Below the pieces are notes generated by a model that worked only from the letters and a program-made list of their open reading frames with translations, was not told the DNA's origin and searched no databases. 64,000 bases of DNA from positions 832,001 through 896,000 of the forward strand of contig OZ244070.1 of the NCBI GenBank assembly GCA_965215605.1. The letters are read 5' to 3'. The DNA comes from an uncultured Candidatus Binatia bacterium (GTDB lineage Bacteria; Desulfobacterota; Binatia; UBA9968; JAJDTQ01). Shown piece after piece: positions 58,836 through 64,000 of this stretch. Made by a program: the position numbers and the translations under genes. The first letter of the stretch is position 1; each line of letters begins with the position of its first letter.

Positions 58836-58932
58836 GTGGTCCTCCGTGGGAGTTGATGGTTGTGGCGGCGGCTCTCGCGAGCCTTGTCCCGCCGCCCGGC
58901 GCCGGTTGCCGGCCGGCCGCGGACGGGGCGAT

Positions 58933-59790
58933 TCATGGCCTGGCGCTCTCTTCGGTGCGGAGCCCGTCGGACAGGCCGGGCGTTCCGGCGGCGGGTTCGG
59001 CCGGAATACCGGTCAACTCCGGAAGCGGAACGCCCGACGGCGACAGCGTGTGGCCGATACGCTTCTCGATCGCGGCGTACCGGCGATAGAGCGCAGGGCG
59101 AAGCTCGGCGGCGCGGCGCAAATCGAAGCGCGACGAGAAGATGCAGAAACTGCACGAACATCGCGACATCCCCTGCGCGTAGACCCAGTGCGGCGACTGT
59201 CCGGCGTCGCGGATGACCCGGAACGCGTCGGCCTCGGTCAGATCGAAGATCGGCAGCCAGTCGAACCATTCCCGACCGGCGCGGGAATTGGGGTCGTTGC
59301 GTTTCCAGGGAATGCGCTTGGCGCGGTCGGCGCTCTCGTCGCGTCGCAGTCCCATGGCGCTGACCACGCGGCCCTCAAAGCGGGGATGAGCCTTCAGGTA
59401 GCGGCGAAGTTCGCGCTCGATCGGGCCGCGCTTGTGGCCCGCCGTACACCACCGCTGATGGATTCCCGGCCATTTTCCCCGCTCCTCGGCCTGGTCGAGC
59501 AAGGTCTTTCCCGACGCCACTGGCGCGAATATCAGCGGAACGCCGGCCGGGATCGTGTCCTCGATGTGCTCGATCGTGCCCGGCCACTCGACCGCGCGGA
59601 GCGGAGCGTGAACCACAACCAACTGATCGTGAGGCACGATCCGGGCGAGCAGGATCGTCATGGCCTGGCTGTCCTTGCCCCCCGACGAATTGATGGCCAC
59701 GAGCGCGCCGCGGCGGATCATGTCGCGGCATTCGGGCGGGATGTGGAGGTCGGCGGCAGGCCGGCGGCCGCGTGGCGGGCTCTCGCTCAT
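58933..59790 (-). CDS. PAPS-reductase family (PP-loop) protein, DndC-like
   Basis: SGGKDSQAM, RWCT...K..P, G.R.DES..RA, WLPI, Y..G.SR.SC.FCI. Confidence 0.87.
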   Translation of the reverse strand: MSESPPRGRRPAADLHIPPECRDMIRRGALVAINSSGGKDSQAMTILLARIVPHDQLVVVHAPLRAVEWPGTIEHIEDTIPAGVPLIFAPVASGKTLLDQAEERGKWPGIHQRWCTAGHKRGPIERELRRYLKAHPRFEGRVVSAMGLRRDESADRAKRIPWKRNDPNSRAGREWFDWLPIFDLTEADAFRVIRDAGQSPHWVYAQGMSRCSCSFCIFSSRFDLRRAAELRPALYRRYAAIEKRIGHTLSPSGVPLPELTGIPAEPAAGTPGLSDGLRTEESARP

Positions 59791-60029
59791 GCGTCCCTCC
59801 CGTCGTGGTCGGTCAGCGTCATCGCCGCGGTCGGCCATATGAAGAGCGGACGGATGAGAACTTCTGGTTCACCGCCGTCTTGAGGGGGAGGACTGAGATT
59901 GACGGCGGCGATGGCCGTGGTTGGTTCGCCGTCGACGAAGCACGAGACGAGACAGAAATTGTCGAACCGGCCGCTGGTGAGGGCCTCGAACGCGCGGTGG
60001 TGTTCCTCGCTGATATTGGTGTCAGGCAT
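59787..60029 (-). CDS. Hypothetical protein
   Basis: AAGGAGG RBS, coupled to the PAPS-reductase-like gene. Confidence 0.65.
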   Translation of the reverse strand: MPDTNISEEHHRAFEALTSGRFDNFCLVSCFVDGEPTTAIAAVNLSPPPQDGGEPEVLIRPLFIWPTAAMTLTDHDGRDA

Positions 60030-60065
60030 GGCGGCGACCTCCTTGGCGGTAGCGTGAGGGAGCCC

Positions 60066-60150
60066 CGCCTCGGGCCCTTGGGACTCGCCCGGCCCAAGCC
60101 GGCCGCGACCTCCCGGCGGCGCGCGGCGCGTCGGTGGAGGCCGAAGTGCC
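60066..60150. repeat. About 85-bp direct repeat, copy 1
   Basis: Shares TCGCCCGG.CCAAGCCGGCCGCGACCTCC..GTCGG.GGAGGCCGAAG.GCC with 60606-60689. Confidence 0.8.
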
Positions 60151-60263
60151 GAAGCCCCACTGACGGGGAAGTCGCCGTGAACGGGTCAGCGAAGGTGATT
60201 GTCGTCGTGGAGCAGCTCTTCTTCCATTTCGCGGGGCCGGGAATAGCGGGCTGTGCGCAACAC

Positions 60264-60569
60264 CTATTCGTGTACCTCGCCGTCACTTTCCGGCAACTCG
60301 TAACCGGAGAAGGCGGACCAGTCGCGGTAAGGGAACCCCCGCCACAGGGCGCCCGCGAGGCTTGCGACGACGGTCCGGGCAATTACAGCCACCCAGAGCG
60401 GGCCGATATGCTCCGCGCCCGCGTCGAGACCAAGCGCCGCGGCCGGGTAGACGGCGGCGATAGCGAGCCCGCCGAGCACGAAGGCGCGGGCGCGCCAGGT
60501 GGTCCGGCACACGCCCCGGCCTGGGGCCGGGCTGCCGTCCTGAGTTATGAATGTTCTCCTCATGTTCAT
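60264..60569 (-). CDS. Small membrane protein
   Basis: Two hydrophobic segments; GGAGA RBS. Confidence 0.5.
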   Translation of the reverse strand: MNMRRTFITQDGSPAPGRGVCRTTWRARAFVLGGLAIAAVYPAAALGLDAGAEHIGPLWVAVIARTVVASLAGALWRGFPYRDWSAFSGYELPESDGEVHE

Positions 60570-60605
60570 GGTCTCCACTCTGCCGGCGGGAACGGCGCGG
60601 GCGCC

Positions 60606-60689
60606 CGCCTGGGTCCCGGGGATTCGCCCGGTCCAAGCCGGCCGCGACCTCCTGGCGACGGGCAGCGTGTCGGAGGAGGCCGAAGCGCC
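60606..60689. repeat. About 85-bp direct repeat, copy 2
   Basis: Aligns to 60066-60150. Confidence 0.8.
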
Positions 60690-60908
60690 AGGTAGATGTG
60701 TGGCTGGAGACCGCGGCCGCGCTTATGCAGACCGTGGCCGCTTGGTCCTGCCGGCGAATCATTCCAAGGCGGCTATGGATGCACGGACGGGTTCGTCGGC
60801 GATGGACTCGACCTCTTCACGCTAGAGGCTCGCGAAAGGAGACACATTGAGGCCTCGGCCTGTCGGTCCGTGGCGGTGGACGTTGCGTATGTCACTCGGT
60901 GAATGTCA

Positions 60909-60937
60909 TTGACAACATCAACGGTAATGTCTATAGT
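60909..60937 (+). promoter_or_regulatory. Near-consensus sigma70 promoter with overlapping operator-like repeats
   Basis: TTGACA, 17 bp, TATAGT; palindrome TGTCA-T-TGACA over the -35; AATGTC at 60902 and 60926. Confidence 0.8.
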
Positions 60938-60984
60938 AGCTTCTACTGAAACGTCAATTCAGACGCAACGTGGAAGGACGCAGG

Positions 60985-62262
60985 ATGGCGAAAACACAAG
61001 CGCTGTTTCCTCGGTCGGTCAGAGCTGCACCTGAACCACTGGGATGGTACCTCCGCCCATCGTACGTTGACCATCGAGCAATTGCCGACGCGGTCGCTGG
61101 TCGCTTGGTTGGTTTACATGGGGTGGTATTCGATCCTCTCTATGAGGATCGGCATTCCGAGTTGCGTCACTTGATGGTTGATCGAACCCTGGATGCGGTC
61201 CTAGATCCAAGAACTCAGGAGTTGGGGTCGATAGGCGGCTTCAACCAGCGTCTGTCTGCATTGCCTTGGGCTTTGGGTCGGCCGCACCGGCCAGATGATT
61301 TCGCTGATCTGGGTCGGATCGTAGATTCGATGGCTCAGTATGTTGTGGAGAAGCGCTACACGGCAGTTCTCGCTCCGACCCACTACATCCAAGGTGCCAA
61401 CAGCCCGTGGTTGGGAATTGACACGCGATCGACAGGATACCTACGGCAATATCTCGATAGGGCGGGTGCGGAGGACGTGCCAATTTTCTATTCCCTAGCG
61501 ATTTCGTATGAGGCATTTCGCTCGGCGGAGGAACGGAATACTATCCTGGAAATGCTGAAGGATCTGCCCATCGAATCCGTGTGGCTTAAGGTTTCCCAAA
61601 GCGGCTCGCTAACCCATGCGGCGGTCAGGAACTTTGTGAATGGGGCTGCTGAATTTCACTCACTGGGCGTGCCGCTCATTGGAGACATGATGGGTGGGTT
61701 ACGCGGCCTCAGCGCGTTGGCCTTCGGCGCGGTCGGAGGAATTTGCCACGGAGTGACACAGAAGGAGGGTTTCAGCGCAAGTTCATGGACGAGGCCCGCG
61801 AGTTCCGGCAACCCGGGGTTTACATGGCCTACAAGAATCTACGTGGCTCCTCTGGGTATTCATCTGAAGAGAGAGGAGGCAACGGCGTTCTTTGGAGCAC
61901 GTGGGTCGAAATCGCGGTTTGGTTGTAGGGAGAAGGCATGCTGTCCAAAGGGTCTGAAAGATATGGTGGACAATCCGGTTCGGCACAGTCTTGTCCAGCG
62001 TTTGGGCGAAGTCCGACGCCTCAGCGCCGTCCCCGAAGAGATCCGCGCACAGCACTTTCTTGAGGAAACACTTCGCCCGGCGACAGATGCGGCAGTTTTC
62101 GCGGAGTCGCTTTCATTCGAGTCCCAAGAGTATTTGGCAAAGCGAATGAGTGAAAACAGGAAGGTGTTGGAGCGTCTTCGTGTAGGCTTGGGCAGACTTG
62201 TACAAGAGGGTCCCGTGCCGTCGTTTTCGCGGATACCCCTGCGTCGTGCGATGCGGAGGTGA
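60985..62262 (+). CDS. Uncharacterised TIM-barrel-like protein with C-terminal Cys/His cluster (TGT/beta-protein-like by inference)
   Basis: Alternating beta/alpha pattern, LDP.T, AP.HY, GL.ALAFG..G...G, R.Y, C....CC-x13-H; GAAGGA RBS. Confidence 0.55.
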   Translation: MAKTQALFPRSVRAAPEPLGWYLRPSYVDHRAIADAVAGRLVGLHGVVFDPLYEDRHSELRHLMVDRTLDAVLDPRTQELGSIGGFNQRLSALPWALGRPHRPDDFADLGRIVDSMAQYVVEKRYTAVLAPTHYIQGANSPWLGIDTRSTGYLRQYLDRAGAEDVPIFYSLAISYEAFRSAEERNTILEMLKDLPIESVWLKVSQSGSLTHAAVRNFVNGAAEFHSLGVPLIGDMMGGLRGLSALAFGAVGGICHGVTQKEGFSASSWTRPASSGNPGFTWPTRIYVAPLGIHLKREEATAFFGARGSKSRFGCREKACCPKGLKDMVDNPVRHSLVQRLGEVRRLSAVPEEIRAQHFLEETLRPATDAAVFAESLSFESQEYLAKRMSENRKVLERLRVGLGRLVQEGPVPSFSRIPLRRAMRR

Positions 62263-62304
62263 GTGAGTCTTCGCGCGTGATGAGCCAGAACATGGAGGCT
62301 ACTA

Positions 62305-62664
62305 ATGGCAAATTTAATCGCAGAAAAGAACGTCGTGGCTGAAAAACTTGATCTCTTAAAAAGCCGAGCAGCCATTCGGGCGGTTGACGTGGCGAATATG
62401 CTCGGGACTACTCCTGAAACAGTCTCTCGGTGGAATCAAGGGCGCGCCTATCCCAGGCCGGTCAAGGAGAACCTTCTTGTTGATTTAGAGTATATAGTGA
62501 AGCGACTCTCGGAATTCTATTCCGACCCGAAAACGGCACGAGCATGGTTGTATTCTCGGCACAGGTACTTCAACGGCCTTCGACCTGCTGATTTGATTCA
62601 GGAAGGGCGAATTGACGAGGTCCTGGAGGCCATTCAGGCTATGGCTGATCCAACGTACACGTAG
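62305..62664 (+). CDS. Xre-HTH + MbcA/ParS-type antitoxin
   Basis: DVA.MLGTTPETVSRW..G...P HTH; A.AWL......F.G.RP.DLI..G...EV C-terminal domain. Confidence 0.85.
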   Translation: MANLIAEKNVVAEKLDLLKSRAAIRAVDVANMLGTTPETVSRWNQGRAYPRPVKENLLVDLEYIVKRLSEFYSDPKTARAWLYSRHRYFNGLRPADLIQEGRIDEVLEAIQAMADPTYT

Positions 62665-62682
62665 GCTTGGAGCGGTCCGCAG

Positions 62683-63204
62683 ATGTTGCAGCGCGACCCG
62701 GATTTGCTCGAACATCTAGAGGGTTGCCGCCAAACGGCGGTCGAGGGAGTTGTCCATCGAGTGGTTTGGGCTAACAAGAGCCCCGTCCAAGGTAGTAACG
62801 GGGCACGCGGTCGTTGGAACAGTCCCGATTGTCAGTTTGAGGTCCTCAACACGTCATTTGAAGCGGAAGGGGCCAGCGCAGAATTCGAAGCGTTCTGGTC
62901 GCTGTTCGTGCAAAGACCTGACCGGCAGGCACTAAACTGGAAACTGAGAGTTCGACTAAAGCGTGTTGTGGAGTTGAATTTTGAGGACCTTGAACAGCTC
63001 GGGATAAAACAGGCAGACTATCAAGGCCGAGATTATTCACGCACTCAAGAAGTTGCTGACGGTCTGAATTTTTTGGGATGTGACGGCCTAATCGTGCCGT
63101 CTGCACGATACGACTGCAAGAATCTTATTATTTTCATGCAAAATCTGGATAAGGGTTGTTTCTTAGAGGAAGATGAATCGAGTGAGTTCCGTTGGTCAGC
63201 GTAG
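62683..63204 (+). CDS. RES-domain toxin
   Basis: V.R, GRWN, L.TS.....A.AE, TQ..A.......GLIVPSAR, NL.IF. Confidence 0.85.
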   Translation: MLQRDPDLLEHLEGCRQTAVEGVVHRVVWANKSPVQGSNGARGRWNSPDCQFEVLNTSFEAEGASAEFEAFWSLFVQRPDRQALNWKLRVRLKRVVELNFEDLEQLGIKQADYQGRDYSRTQEVADGLNFLGCDGLIVPSARYDCKNLIIFMQNLDKGCFLEEDESSEFRWSA

Positions 63205-63437
63205 ACGCTCTCTATCTCCAAGGGGACATCGCATCTAACTGATGTGTGTAGGATCTCGCGGTAGTCAGCAGAGCGCGTAGTTGGAATGAGGGATTTGGGT
63301 GATGACTGTTTGAGTAGGCGGATATTACCTGATGATGCCGAGGAGAAGCGCCGAGACTTGTCGGTAACGCAGTAGAACCGGAAGGGATTGACTCCCTGGT
63401 CGAACAGGCTTTGCACGATAGAGTTCTCAGCAAGAAG

Positions 63438-63760
63438 ATGCCCGACTACCGCAAGGCATACAGCGATCGAGCCGCCTGGCTCATGGCCTACATGTCGGAA
63501 TTGGCCCATCTGAAGTTCGACAAACCCGCCTTCGAGGGAGAGGCCGTTCTTAAGCTCGTCCAACGTGCCCTGAGAGAACTGCCGAAGAGCTCTGGCGCGA
63601 AGATATTGGGAGCCATCACGAAGGCCTGCGGACAAGATTACGAAGCTGAAGAAGCCAGACTGAGTAGTCGGTTGAAGAAGATCGGCTGGACCTTGGCGAA
63701 AACTATCAGCGTAAACGCCACCCAGGCCTTTGTAGGCTACAGTAAGGATCACGCCGTCTT
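63438..63760 (+). pseudogene. Truncated N-terminus of a lipase-class-3-like protein
   Basis: YSDR.AW.MA.MS.LA and TQAFV......AV precede the expected FRGT, which is absent; the ORF then runs into unrelated-looking sequence. Confidence 0.4.
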
Positions 63761-64000
63761 CAAACGGCTTGGGGCATGCGGTCAGGTGCTCTCGTCTATC
63801 CGGCCTGTTGGTGCGGCTGTCAGGAGCCGCTGGCCCGTATGGAGATACGCGGGTCGGATCTACATCGCTTACGCGAGCTTGAAGGCTCTCTGGATTCAGC
63901 TGGTTTGCCCGATCTCGTCTCGTTGACCGTTTGCCCTATCTCGTTCTCCGTCCTGCCCAGATCTCCCGACGGCTCCCGCGCTTCGCCGTTTCAGGCGGCG

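Noticed and set aside
55488-58856. 1122-aa plus-strand ORF
   Set aside because: Antisense shadow of the ParB and GHKL genes
1-64000. tRNA, rRNA or attL/attR of the whole element
   Set aside because: None recognisable by eye; the element boundaries probably lie outside the window

Overview
High-GC (roughly 70%, by eye) segment of a conjugative element (ICE or plasmid), most likely proteobacterial. 84-21884: a nearly gapless F-type T4SS operon (HTH/xis-like, traA L E K B V C, a degenerate HD protein, trbI, trhF, traW U, trbC, traN F H G), then coupling protein TraD and a MOBF relaxase-helicase. 22.1-23.9 kb: AbiE type IV toxin-antitoxin. 24-32.4 kb: a minus-strand module (NADAR, AAA ATPase, 44-aa ORF, DUF3150-like, peptidase-like/vWA) split by a RIT (recombinase-in-trio) element whose left end carries what looks like the excised-circle junction. 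32.5-38.1 kb: integrase plus cargo (two HEPN proteins, a secreted protein with about 14 ankyrin repeats, a trypsin-like protease). 38.6-39.5 kb: an RHH gene and a MOBF-type oriT with an F-like nic sequence. 39.5-60.7 kb: a leading region with most genes on the minus strand (SLOG proteins, toprim, ssb, strawberry-notch MTase/helicase, RadC, GHKL ATPase, ParB, PAPS-reductase-like) and repeated hairpin-forming non-coding elements. 60.9-63.2 kb: a lower-GC three-gene operon (TIM-barrel/TGT-like protein, HTH-MbcA/ParS antitoxin, RES toxin), my best candidate for an undescribed defence or conflict system. All family calls come from motif recognition by eye; no database searches were run.
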